The notes under the pieces: model-generated
What the model was told of the DNA's origin: nothing
Seen by the model: only the letters and a program-made list of their open reading frames with translations
Databases searched by the model: none
Shown here: positions 1-12,000 of the stretch, piece by piece
How positions within the stretch are numbered: the first letter of the stretch is position 1
Layout of the letters: every line of letters starts with the position of its first letter
Assembly: GCF_006345805.1 (NCBI RefSeq)
Contig: NC_043023.1
Coordinates: forward strand, 4,030,001-4,094,000
Direction: 5' to 3'
DNA: 64,000 bases
Origin: Octopus sinensis
Taxonomy: Eukaryota
Position numbers and translations under genes: made by a program

Positions 1-147
1 ACATATACACATATATATATATACACATATATATATTATATATAATATACATACACATATATATTATACATACACACGCATATATATATACACATATATA
101 TATATACATATACACACATATATATATACACACACATATATATATAT

Positions 148-196
<49 letters not shown>

Positions 197-220
197 TATA
201 TATATATACATATATATATG
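1..220. repeat. (TA)n/(CA)n compound microsatellite
   Basis: Run of atat/acac units from the window start. Confidence 0.95.
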
Positions 221-533
221 TACCATGCTACTACTCTGTCAGTTATGATGACAAGAATTCAAGGTGATTTGATCAACAGAACAGTCTGCTCATGAAATGA
301 ATGCGCAAGTGGCTGAATACTCCACAGACATGCACACCCTTAGCATATTGTTCTCCGGGAGATTCAGTGTGACACAGAATGTGATACGGCTAGGCCCTTT
401 CAATTACTGGTACAACTTATTCTTGCTAGCTGAGTGGACAGGAGCAACGTGAAATAAACTGTCTGGATGAAGGACATGGCATACGGCTGGGAATTGAACT
501 TACAATCTTATGATCTGGAGCTGAATGACCTAA
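221..533 (-). mobile_element. Degenerate tRNA-headed SINE
   Basis: The minus strand has a B-box-like 'agttcaattccc' near 500. The body matches the copy at about 63285-63510 (gcaagtggctga..., ggagcaacgtgaaataaa). Confidence 0.65.
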
Positions 534-730
534 GTTGTGTGTGTATGTGGCCTCAAGATGATTCTGGAATCTAGTGCATACATTTCTCACTGTCCCTGGG
601 AAGATCTCCAAACACCCCTTTGATCTTGGACACCATCTTGTCCTCGGCGTTTCAAGTGGAGCATTTGGTGTCTTCTTCACTGTAATCCATAGGATTAAAA
701 TTGGGGGAATTAGGGTGCTAGATGTTTTAT

Positions 731-830
731 AAGATGTTTTATGTAACACATTCTACCAGTATACGAAGTTTAAAAGTGTTTAGTTTCCTAGAAATTATGT
801 TACAAACTGCCGGTCAAACAGAAAAGATCC
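731..830 (+). mobile_element. 3' terminal fragment of the GGATC-TIR MITE
   Basis: Ends in aactgccggtcaaacagaaaagatcc, matching the right end of the full copy at 19371-19798. Confidence 0.75.
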
Positions 831-1247
831 GCCATCTCATACGTCTTTGTGTGAGGAGTACAAACAGGCTTGGTATTCCTGCTTGCTTGAGGATATCTTT
901 GTTGGGGACATGATTCTACCATTTGATGCGAAGGATTTTCCGGGGGCAGAGCAGGAGAAAGATATTTAGGGCGATGCTCTTGGCTTATGTAGGGCGTCCA
1001 AGTCTCACTTCCATATCGTTAATCCTTCTGCTCCCCAATGCCATTGACTGTTCACCTATACATCAAGCTACTCCTGAGAAAAAGGAGACATAAACGTATC
1101 GTCATAGGCAGCCTGAAAACTCCATATATATGCATATTTTTGCTTGTCTATTCCCACAAGCAATTGCGACCATTGTTTCTAAGGGAAATAACTCTTATGT
1201 ATATTCTTTAGTTATCTCCCTTGATGTGATAAATAGCCATGCTCTTA

Positions 1248-1518
1248 CTCATTTACTTGTTTCAGTCATTTGACTGTGGCCATGCTGGAGCACCGCCTTT
1301 AGTCGAGCAAATCGACCCCAGGACTTATTCTTTGTAAGCCTAGTACTTATTCTATCGGTCTCTTTTGCTGAACCGCTAAGTGACGTGGACGTAAACACAC
1401 CAGCATCGGGTGTCAAGCGATGTTGGGGTGACAAACGCAGACATACAAACATATACACACACACACTCACACACATATATATATATACACACACATATAT
1501 ATATACACACACATACAC

Positions 1519-1611
<93 letters not shown>

Positions 1612-1770
1612 ATATATAACATACACACATATATATATATACCACACATATATATACATATATATATATATATATAAAGAAAACCAAACCACGGTGTTTG
1701 GAGTGACCAAAGCTTGTGAGTGGATTTGGTAGACGGAAACTGAAGAAGACCGTCGTATAATATATATGTT

Positions 1771-1810
<40 letters not shown>

Positions 1811-1877
1811 TATATATATATACGACGGTCTTCTTTCAGTTTCCGTCTACCAAATCCACTCACAAGGCTTTGGTCAC
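1248..1877 (-). mobile_element. SINE family A (microsatellite-containing), 5'-truncated, with expanded internal TA tract
   Basis: Shares 'ggagcaccgcctttagtcgagcaaatcgacccc' and 'ttctttcagtttccgtctaccaaatccactcacaagg' with about 20 other copies in the window. Confidence 0.85.
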
Positions 1878-2230
1878 TCCAAACACCGTGGTTTTCTTTG
1901 TTGCCATGATTTTCAAACAAGAAAAAAGGAAAAATTGTTCAACAAAAGTTCGAATGTTCTAAATAAATATCCAATAATAAACACAAAAAAGATCGGAATG
2001 ACAGAGCAGAGAAAAAGACCGAAGGAAGACAGTTCAATGAACGGCAACACAATTCCACAAGCCCGGTACAGGTACCCCAGTTGCAAAAATAGTCCTTCCT
2101 GCTTTGGTACTTCTTGGAAATCCAGTGGAAATTCACAGACACGAAGACAATTTTCGTAAACAAATTAATTTTTGCGGAGGGGCTACGCCTCCCTAAAAAA
2201 ATACAATTCTCACTGCAAAGTGAGTCTTTA

Positions 2231-3867
2231 TATTTCTTTACTACCCACAAGGAGCTAAACACAGAGGGGACAAACAAGGACAGACAAAGGGATTAAGTCG
2301 ATTATATCAATCCCAGTGCGTAACTGGTACTTAATTTATCGACCCCGAAAGGATGAAAGGCAAAGTCGACCTCGGCGGAATTTGAACTCAGAACGTAGCG
2401 GCAGACGAAATATCTATTACTTTACTACCCACAAGGGGTTAAACACAGAGGGGACAAACAAGGACAGACAAAGGGATTAAGTCGATTATATCAATCCCAG
2501 TGCGTAACTGGTACTTAATTTATCGACCCCGAAAGGATGAAAGGCAAAGTCGACCTCGGCGGAATTTGAACTCAGAACGTAGCGGCAGACGAAATATCTA
2601 TTACTTTACTACCCACAAGGGGTTAAACACAGAGGGGACAAACAAGGACAGACAAAGGGATTAAGTCGATTATATCAATCCCAGTGCGTAACTGGTACTT
2701 AATTTATCGACCCCGAAAGGATGAAAGGCAAAGTCGACCTCGGCGGAATTTGAACTCAGAACGTACGGCAGACGAAATATCTATTACTTTACTACCCACA
2801 AGGGGTTAAACACGAGGGGACAACAAGGACAGACAAAGGGATTAAGTCGATTATATCAACCCAATGCGTAACTGGTACTTAATTTATCGACCCCGAAAGG
2901 ATGAAAGGCAAAGTCGACCTCGGCGGAATTTGAACTCAGAACGTAGCGGCAGACGAAATATCTATTACTTTACTACCCACAAGGGGTTTAAACCAGAGGG
3001 GACAAACAAGGACAGACAAAGGGATTAAGTCGATTATATCAATCCCAGTGCGTAACTGGTACTAATTTTCGACCCCGAAAGGATGAAAGGCAAGTCGACC
3101 TCGGCGGAATTTGAACTCAGAACGTAGCGGCAGACGAAATATCTATACTTTACTACCCACAAGGGGTTAAACACAGAGGGGACAAACAAGGACAGACAAA
3201 GGGATTAAGTCGATTATATCAATCCCAGTGCGTAACTGGTACTTAATTTATCGACCCGAAGGGATGAAAGGCAAAGTCGACCTCGGCGGAATTTGAACTC
3301 AGAACGTAGCGGCAGACGAAATATCTATTACTTTACTACCCACAAGGGGTTAAACACAGAGGGACAACAAGGACAGACAAAGGGATTAGTCGATTATATC
3401 AATCCAGTGCGTAACTGGTACTTAATTTATCGACCCCGAAAGGATAAAGGCAAAGTCGACCTCGGCGGAATTTGAACTCAGAACGTAGCGGCAGACGAAA
3501 TATCTATTACTTTACTACCCACAAGGGGTTAAACACAGAGGGACAACAAGGACAGACAAAGGGATTAGTCGATTATATCAATCCAGTGCGTAACTGGTAC
3601 TTAATTTATCGACCCCGAAAGGATAAAGGCAAAGTCGACCTCGGCGGAATTCGAACTCAGAACGTAGCGGCAGACGAAATATCTATTACTTTACTACCCA
3701 CAAGGGGTTAAACACAGAGGGGACAAACAAGGACAGACAAAGGGATTAAGTCGATTATATCAATCCCAGTGCGTAACTGGTACTTAATTTATCGACCCCG
3801 AAAGGATGAAAGGTAAAGTCGACCTCGGCGGAATTCGAACTCTTAACGTAACAGCAGACGAAATATC
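2231..3867 (-). repeat. Tandem array of nine about 184-bp SINE family B body units
   Basis: 'tttactacccacaagg' recurs at 2237, 2421, 2605, 2788, 2969, 3149, 3332, 3511 and 3690. Units are nearly identical and differ mainly by single-base deletions. Confidence 0.95.
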
Positions 3868-4084
3868 GCTAAGCGTTTCGAACCCGCGATCCCTCGACCG
3901 CGAGTCCGCTGCTATCACCACCAGGCCACGTACCTCCACGGTGGTGGTGGAGTTTTTAAAAATAAATTTTTTTCTGTATATTCATATTCTCCGACATTTC
4001 TAGTTAACTAAACATTTTAAAACTTCGTATACTGGTAGAATGCGTTTATAAAGCATCTTTTTCTCTTGGCTTTATATGGTGAGC

Positions 4085-4277
4085 TGCAAGATGCAGGAGG
4101 AAAGAGTGAGAGAAAGTTGTGGTGAAAGAGTCAGCAGAGGTTTGCCATTACCTTCTGCCAGAGACACGTGGAGCTTAGGTGTTTCGCTCATAAACACACT
4201 CATCGCCCGGTCTGAGATTCGAACCCGCGATCCCTCAACCGCGAGTCCGCTGCTATCACCACAAGGCCACGTGCCTC
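4085..4277 (-). mobile_element. SINE family C (tRNA-like head 'gcagcggactcgcggt'); head duplicated at 3878-3937
   Basis: Head and body match the copies at 27641-27935 (+) and 43255-43567 (-). Resembles Octopus tRNA-Arg-related SINEs from memory. Confidence 0.75.
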
Positions 4278-4900
4278 CTCGGTGGTGGTGGAGTTAAAAA
4301 AAATGTTTTTTGCATATTCATAATCTCCGACATCTTAAACGTAAGAATCCGAAAGACTTCTTTTTCAAAAAAATGCATTTTTGAAGGACAGGTGCGAAAC
4401 TGCATTTCCATGTTTTTGTTTTTATGTCTTCATTTCTCATTGTGTTCAACGTTTTTTCAATGTCCTGTACCCATATATGCACATATATATATGTACATGT
4501 ATATGTAGGTATGAATGTTTTTATATATAATGAACGTGAAATACAGGAAGGGACGAACACGGAACACAGACAAATCATTCGAAGCCTTCAATCTTCAGTC
4601 AGACACCGAATCATCATAGCAAATTTCGGCTGTTCAATTCTGATATTTGCTCCAACTCGGCCAGCCCCAAGAAAAAAAACTAAGCTGTAAGCATTAGATT
4701 TCTTGGTAGAAGACAGGAATGTGAACGCACAAGACGGATGTGAATACAAGAGACGAAAACGAAATTGAAAACAGTAATGAATAAACAAAATATATATAAC
4801 GGTGGTTGTCATACGACTTTAGACCAAATGAGACAAAATGTATATATGCATATATTTATATATCATATATATATTGTTTTTTTAAATAACTATTTGGCAT

Positions 4901-5524
4901 TGTCATGCCTTTAGCTGTCAGAAGTGAAAGTACGTCAACTTCGTGTATTTCCGTCAGGTTTATACCTTCGTTAATTTATGCCGTTCATTTACGTACCACC
5001 ACGCTGTTAGGTTTATAAAACAATTGAAGTTCAGTTTAAAGTTTATAAATAAATACATTTCATTCCCCATCATAGTAATATTTGTCTGTTGAAATCCGTT
5101 TTAAGGCGGTCAATAATTTAATTAAAGATGTGTCTCTACATGTATATATATATACATGTGTATACATATATATACATGTGTAATGTATACACATGTATAT
5201 ATATATATCATGTAGAGACACATCTTTAATTAAATTATTGACCGCCTTAAAACGGATTTCAACAGACAAATATTACTATAATGGATAATATAAGCATATA
5301 ACTACTTATACACACATACAATAGATACAGACACACACACATTAGTCAGACATATAGCCACATATACACACACTGCAAGAATATATTTATTTATAAACTT
5401 TAAACTGAACTTCAATTGTTTTATAAACCTAACAGCGTGGTGGTACGTAAATAAACGAAGGTATAAACCTGACGTAAATACACGAAGTTGACGATTTTCA
5501 CTTCTGACAGCTAAAGGCATGACA
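4901..5524. repeat. Nested inverted repeat (outer arms 4901-5055/5384-5524; inner arms 5072-5142/5209-5279)
   Basis: Direct reverse-complement comparison. Inner 71-bp arms appear perfect; the outer left arm has a 17-nt insertion. Confidence 0.9.
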
Positions 5525-5669
5525 GTATTCTTATCTTAAATGTATTTGAATTTTATACTGTAAATATGTATGTTACGGTTGTAATTTCGATAATTAAATA
5601 AGGAAGTATTCTAATATCCTAAAGCTAATGAACCAACTAATGTGTTTCTCCATTTTCTTATTTGTAATA

Positions 5670-5708
<39 letters not shown>

Positions 5709-5709
<1 letters not shown>

Positions 5710-6103
5710 CTAGCAGTGTAGCCCGGCGTTGCTTGAGTTTGTTTCGACCCTTTAGAATTGGAATTTTTGAAAAGTAAAAATTTTGCATTATGTAGCTTGT
5801 TATTCTCTTTAAGTGAACATTTTTCTGGTTGAAATACACCGAAAAATGGTGACACAGCTGTCAAAAAATCGTAAAAAATAGGGATTTTCATAGAAAAAAA
5901 AGCACCTTTTTGATGTAAATAATTTTTGGTGTTAACATGGTCCGATTTGAATATTTTCTTCTACGGAAGGAAGAGCAAGCCTTCTTCTATCATACTCTCA
6001 ATTTTGGTCAACTTGCGCAGCAGGGTTTTGGAGGAGATAGTGTTAGTTGAAGGCTACCAAACCTGCCACACACAGACAACTTCAGCTTTATATAGAGAAA
6101 GAT
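5709..6103 (+). mobile_element. Non-autonomous Helitron/Helentron-like element (DINE-1/Lep1-like ends)
   Basis: Starts 'actagcagtgtagcccggcgttgc' and ends 'ctttatatagagaaagat'. Has the same termini as 33170-33566. Confidence 0.6.
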
Positions 6104-6123
6104 GTACTTATGTCGCGCACACA

Positions 6124-6485
6124 TACTCTTTTACTTGCTTTAGTCATTTGACTGCGGCCATGCTGGAGCACCGCCTTTAGTCGAGCAAATCGACCCCGGG
6201 ACTTATTCTTTGTAAGCCCAGTACTTATTCTATCAGTCTGTTTTGCCGAACCGCTATGGTGACGGGGACATAAACACACCGGCATCGGTTGTCAAGCAAT
6301 ACTAGGGGGACAAACACATACATATATATACGACAGGCTTCTTTCAGTTTCCGTCTACCAAATCCACTCACAAGGCTTTGGTTGGCCTGGGGCTATAGCA
6401 GAAGACACTTGCCCAAGATGCCACGCAGTGGGACTGAACCCGGAACCATGTGGTTGGTTAGCAAGCTACTTACCACACAGCCACA
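6124..6485 (-). mobile_element. SINE family A, near full length
   Basis: Tail tttacttgctttagtcatttgac through head cttaccacacagccac; A/B-box-like head on the minus strand. Confidence 0.85.
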
Positions 6486-6674
6486 TGTTAACATCTAAAT
6501 AAAACCTTTCTTTTAACATTCTACGGTTGTGTCGTCTTCCTTTTCTCTTCTGACACTTGTATTCATTTATCCATTTTTGCTTTTATTGTAAACGACCGTG
6601 CGGTGTATTAAAGGAGCATTCGTCACCTCACCTTTCACACGGTCGTTCGACAGGTCCATCATTATTTAGCAGAA

Positions 6675-6970
6675 TTCAAAAGACAGCATGGTGTGGAAAC
6701 ATCCTGGCTCATCAGCAACAAAGAAATTCGAGACTCAGGTAACGCCAACCCGTTTTGGGTGACTCAAAAGGACCTATACTGGAAGACTACACGGAAAAGG
6801 GGTCTACAATCAACAGTACAAGATTCTGTGCTTTGCTGGCCCAAGAAACTGACGCCAGTAATTTGCACCAAACGATGAAGCCACCCGTCAAAGAAAGTTT
6901 TGTTGTTACATGACAATGCATACCCACACACGGCCACCCGGACCGTCGAAACCATTAACCAATTGGGTAG
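6675..6970 (+). pseudogene. mariner-type transposase remnant
   Basis: Frameshifted translation gives SMVWKHPGS.ATKKFETQ, KGSTINSTRFCALL and LLLHDNAYPHTATRTVETINQLG, typical of the mariner catalytic region. Confidence 0.8.
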
Positions 6971-7584
6971 ATTCCAAATATACAAAATTTGGTGTGTTGG
7001 GAGGGGAAGTGTTTTAGGTGGGTAATTTCGGAAATTTCACCGGAGTCCAATTCAATTAATTAGTCTTAACTTTCAAGAAAATGGATGTTTTTAAATGAAA
7101 TTCTCTACAAATACACCTCAGACTATGTAGATTCCGAGGACAGGAATTTAGGGGCTATTTTAGAGACCTGTTCTACACTTGCGGGTGATTCTGTGCTCCA
7201 GCATGGCCGCAGTCAAATGACTGAAACAAGTAAAAGAGTAAAAGAGTAAGTCATCCATATTTTTTTAATTTTCTCCCTTTTGTGCATCCGTAGATTTCTA
7301 ACACACACACGTAATTAAAAAAGTTCAAATGGGGAATTAATTATTCCATTAAATATGTTTTTATAAATATTATGTAATAAATTATGCTTTACACTTCTAT
7401 ATTTAACTGTGTGTGTATTCCTTATTTTTGCTTCAGGTGTCTTCTGCCTTTCTTCTGTAAGAAACATTTGGGAATTAATTAACTTAAAGTGAAAAAAACC
7501 AGGCGATCTTTCGTTTTGAGAACAGATTACATCACTTCTTAAAGCACAACGAGTTTTCTGGAGAGGGCCTCAACAAGCAACGAT

Positions 7585-8402
7585 TTCGGTTTGAACGGCA
7601 GTTTTTTTCTAGCAGTGTCATATGAATTTTTCACCCATAATTATGACCCTAGTATCAATCTATTGCATTTCAATCTGTTCTAGGGTTAGGGGTGGGGGGG
7701 GGGGGAAGGTATCTTTTTTTCTTCAGAAATGTAAATAAACCCAATCTGTTTCTTAAACGAGGAACATATTCATACGGCACAGAATGTTTTTTTTTTACCT
7801 CAATAGACGTCATTGATTGGTTGAAATTGCAGAAATTGGAAGAAAATAAACAAGAACAAATATCTTACAAACTATAGAATTTTCTCAATAAAGCCAAGAG
7901 AAAAAGGTGTTTTATAAACACATTCTACCAGTATACGAAGTTTAAAAGTGTTTAGTTATGTGGAAATTATGTTAAAAACTGCCGTTCAAACCGAAAAGAT
8001 CTGAAAGTTTTCACCTCAATAGACGTCATTGATTGGTTGAAATTGCAGAAATTGAAAAAAAACAACAAATATCTTACAAACTGTAGAATTTTCTCAATAA
8101 AGCCAAAAGAAAAAGATGTTTTATAAACACATTCTACCAGTATACGAAGTTTTAAAATGTTTAGTTCCCTAGAAATTATGTTAAAAACTGCCATTCAAAC
8201 CGAAAAGATCCTTTTTTTCACCAGAAATGTAAATAAACCCAATCTGTTTCTTAAACGAGGGCCATATTCATACGACACAGAATGTTTTTTTTTTTTACCT
8301 CAATAGACGTCATTGATTGGTTGAAATTGCAGAAAAAACAACAAATATCTTACAAACTATATAGAATTTTCTCAATAAATGCCGTTCAAACCGAAAAGAT
8401 CC
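7585..8402 (+). mobile_element. Cluster of one near-full and two partial tandem copies of the GGATC-TIR MITE
   Basis: 'ttcggtttgaacggcag' at about 7585; right TIR 'gccgttcaaaccgaaaagatc' at about 8000, 8210 and 8400; internal 'cctcaatagacgtcattgattggttgaaattgcag' three times. Confidence 0.85.
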
Positions 8403-8699
8403 AAACATTCCTTATCTTAATTAATTAACATGGAATTAAGGCTTTCAGTACACACCACTACACGTTTGTAATTATCTACGTGATTGCCTATTTAGCGACA
8501 TCGGATCTTATGTATATCGCGATGTCATGGCCATAGGAATTTGATGTCTCTAAAGTGTCAAAAAAAATTCGAAAACAGAAAACGACCTGCTGTCTCTAAA
8601 GTGTTAAAAATTTAATAAACTTTCCACAGAACCCCCCATTTCCGAATTGCCCACTTTCTCTTCTAGGCATGCCCCACGGTGGGAATCATGGACACACAC

Positions 8700-9085
8700 A
8701 TATTCTTTTATTTGTTTCAGTCTTCTGAGTGTGGCCATGTTGGGGCACCACCTTGAAAGGTTTTTTTTAAAAGTCAAATTGATGACAGGGCTTACTTTTT
8801 TAAGTCTAGTACATATTTTATCAGTCTCTTTTGCCGAACCGCTATTTACGGAGATGTAAACACACCAACACCGGTTCTCAAGCAGTAGTGGGTGGCAGGG
8901 TGGACAAACACAGACACACTCATAAATATATACACACACACACATATATATGATGGGCTTCTCTCAGTTTCCATCTACCAAATCCACTTACAAGACTTTG
9001 GTCAGCCTGGGGCTATAAGTAGAAGACTATTTATTGCCCAAGGTGCCATGCAGTGGGATTGAACCCAGAACCATGTGATTGGAAA
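8700..9085 (-). mobile_element. SINE family A, diverged
   Basis: Same body and head as the other family A copies. Confidence 0.75.
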
Positions 9086-9534
9086 GCAAGATGATAGAGA
9101 TATATCATCATTTAATGTCCACTGTCCATGCTGACACACTGGAAGGCTGCGCTAGGATCCAGTCTAATTTGGCATGGTTTGCTATGGTTGGATGCCCTTC
9201 CTAATGCCAAGCACTCTGAGAGTGTAATAGGTGCTGTTACGTTCCACTGGCACAGGTGCCATCAGTATGACACCGGTTCGGCAAAAGAGACCGATAGAAT
9301 AAGTACTGGGCTTACAAAGAATAAGACCCGGGGTCGATTTGCTCGACTAAAGGCGGTGCTCCAGCATGGCCGCAGTCAAATGACTGAAACAAGAAAAAGA
9401 GTAAAGAGTATATATATATATATCTATAAAATAATGAGTATTGAGTAATTGTAACATATTATTTTACAGATAAATTCCCTCTATTTACATAATATTGAGG
9501 TCTCTTTCTTTCTTTTGTTATCTTACCATTTTTA

Positions 9535-9571
<37 letters not shown>

Positions 9572-10329
9572 TTGACATGGGCGATTCTTTCTTGTCTTGG
9601 GATTCACGGTCAAATGGCTGAGTGGAATTATGCACAAAATTACGAAGATGTGTAGAATGATCCGATGGTGATGCTGGGTTTTGTATTTTCCATAGCTCTC
9701 GTGGTTACCGAGATAATCTACTATAATAATACTCTTGTGTTTATGAATGAGAAAGGAAAGGGTGATAGATTAATAAGGAAGGAAGGGGTGATGTCATACT
9801 TGGTAGTGGGATGATGAAAATTGTATGCTGAAAATATTAAATCAAACAGCATTTCAACTGTGTGAATATATGTGTGTGTATGTAAAAGGTGGTGTGTGTA
9901 TTTGTGTGTGCAAGTGCAATAGAAGTGAGCTGGTTCATCTTTTTTCTCTTAGTATTTGGGTTTATTTTTTGATTTGGTTCAATCTTGGTTATTTTTTTCC
10001 TTTTGGTCACTTATTTTTAGTGTTTTGAGAGAAAAAAGCCATTCTAAAATTGTTTTTTAATGTAAGTATGCCCAAACAAGTCGAATGCTTACACAGAGCA
10101 GGTTTTACAACCACCTTTAATCAAACTGACCAAGTGAAACCAGGCTTAGCTGCTTGTATATATAGAGTGGTTGATGTTAGGAAGGGCATCCAACTGTAGA
10201 ACCCATACTAAATCAATTTGGAGTCTGGTGCAGCCTTCCAGCCCTGGTCAAACTGTCCAATCCATGCCAGCATGGACAATGGGTGTTAAGTGGTGATGAT
10301 GATGATGATAGTGACATACCATCACCATC

Positions 10330-10885
10330 ATCATTTAATGCCCATTGTCCATGGAAGCCAGTTATCCGCTCTGGCAATGATCACACTCAGATGGGCTCTT
10401 GGCACCCTACTAGCACGGGGCCTGTAAGGTGAAACTGGCAACGATCACACTCGAATGGTGTCTTATGTGCCACTGGTACGGAAGCCGGTTAGCCACTCTG
10501 TCAACGATCACGCTTGTATGGTGCTCGTGCCCATCATTGAATTTCACTTGCCTCAACAGGTCTTCGCAAGTAGATTTTAGTGTCCAAAGAAGGGAAAGGT
10601 ACGCGCAAGTGGGCTGTTTATGCTCCTGGCATAGGCCATGGGTTATGGGTCTCACTTCGCTTGCAGCGTCTTCTCAAGCACAGCATATTTCCAAAGGTCT
10701 CGGTCACTAGTCATTTCCTTGGTGAGGCCTAAAGTTCAAAGGTTGTGCTTCACCACTTCATCCCAGGTCTTCCTGGGTCTACCTCTTCCACAGATTCCCT
10801 AAATTGCTAGGGTGTGGAACTTTTTTTTACACAGCTATCCTCATCCATTCTCGCTACATGACCATACCAGCGCAGTCGTCTCTGA
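10330..10885 (-). mobile_element. RTE-clade LINE 3' end
   Basis: Minus-strand RRLRWYGHVARMDEDSCVKK then a frameshifted GRPRKTW-like motif, followed by the 3' UTR and a (tga)n tail. Confidence 0.75.
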
Positions 10886-11058
10886 TGCTTCTTAGGTCCA
10901 ACTTTTCTCTCAAGGTAATTACGCTCTAACGAGAGAGAAAAAAAAATTTTTAAACCCATAAATTACAAACAAAAAGAGAAAAAAACATGTATTTTTGCCC
11001 TCATAATTTATTCAGTCCCTGTAGCACTGTTTGTCACCCCCAAATATTTATTCCCATC

Positions 11059-11265
11059 TCACAACACCATTGGTAAAAAAGACAAGATCAGAGCCGCAAA
11101 CATGAGAGCGAGGATGATGTTGATGACGACGTTGGAGATCGTAGATGAGAAACTCCTTTTGCAAAGTTTCGCTCGAATATCCTCCTCCTTGTTGGAATCT
11201 TTCAGCTCATCGCCCATGTTGCTCTGTTCCAGGCGTCTGTAACCTGGCTGTTCATTGGTCTTCAT
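11059..11265 (-). CDS. Candidate host-gene coding exon: cytosolic N-terminus with GYRRL motif plus one hydrophobic helix (type II or tail-anchored membrane protein)
   Basis: Non-repetitive, higher GC. Polypyrimidine tract plus AG acceptor gives an exon start at 11307; in-frame TAG 12 nt upstream of the ATG; A at -3; helix VVINIILALMFAALILSFLPMVL. The stop TGA lies inside a GTGAGA donor-like site (11062-11057). Confidence 0.55.
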   Translation of the reverse strand: MKTNEQPGYRRLEQSNMGDELKDSNKEEDIRAKLCKRSFSSTISNVVINIILALMFAALILSFLPMVL

Positions 11266-11619
11266 CCTGTTGAACTAAGGTTGGTCTGTCACTTCACTTT
11301 GGGACACCTTTAACAAAAGACAGCAAAAAAGATGACAGACATGGAATAAGGAAATTTAGTAGAACGTCAGATGTATGTGTAGTTAAGAACTTTCTAAATG
11401 TGTGGTTACAGGGGTTTTAGATCCCACCTTGGGCCATCCATCCTCCACACACACACATATATCTTTTCTTTTACTCTTTTACTTCTTTCAGCCATTTGCC
11501 TGTCCTTGTTTTGTCCCCTCTGTGCGTAGCCCCTTGTGGGCAGTAAAGAAAAAAGAAACTGAAAGAAGCCTGTTATATATATATATAAATATCTATATAT
11601 ATATATATATATATATATA

Positions 11620-12000
11620 CTCTTTTACTTGTTTCAGTCATATGACTGCGGCCATGCTGGAGCACCACCTTTAGTTGAGTAAATCGACCCCGGGACGTAT
11701 TCTCTTGTAAGCCCAGTACTTATTCTATCGGTCTCTTTTGCCGAACCGCTAAGTGACGGGGACGTAAACACACCAGCATCGGTTGTCAAGCAATGCTAGG
11801 AGGACAAACACAGACACACAAACATACATATACATATATACGACAAGCTTCTTTCAGTTTCCGTCTACCAAATCCACTCACAAGGCATTGGTTGGCCCGG
11901 GGCTATAGCAGAAGACACTTGCCCAAGATGCCACGCAGTGGGACTGAACCCAGAACCATGTGGTTGGTAAGCAAGCTACTTACCACATAGCCACTCCTGC
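11620..12000 (-). mobile_element. SINE family A
   Basis: Full tail-to-head match to the family. Confidence 0.85.

Noticed and set aside
426-749. 107-aa minus-strand ORF or downstream exon of the candidate gene (AG acceptor near 681)
   Set aside because: The ORF runs from MITE into SINE sequence. The unique core (540-700) could give F-EEDTKCST* if spliced in phase 2, but nothing in the sequence supports that choice.
1900-2230. ORFs 1939-2277 (-) and 1770-2159 (+) as host exons
   Set aside because: No recognisable motif, both overlap repeats, and a ggaggggctacgcctccc hairpin suggests a TE remnant.
2231-3867. CRISPR-like regular array
   Set aside because: Units are wholly repeated with no unique spacers, there are no cas genes, the context is eukaryotic, and the unit is SINE-derived.
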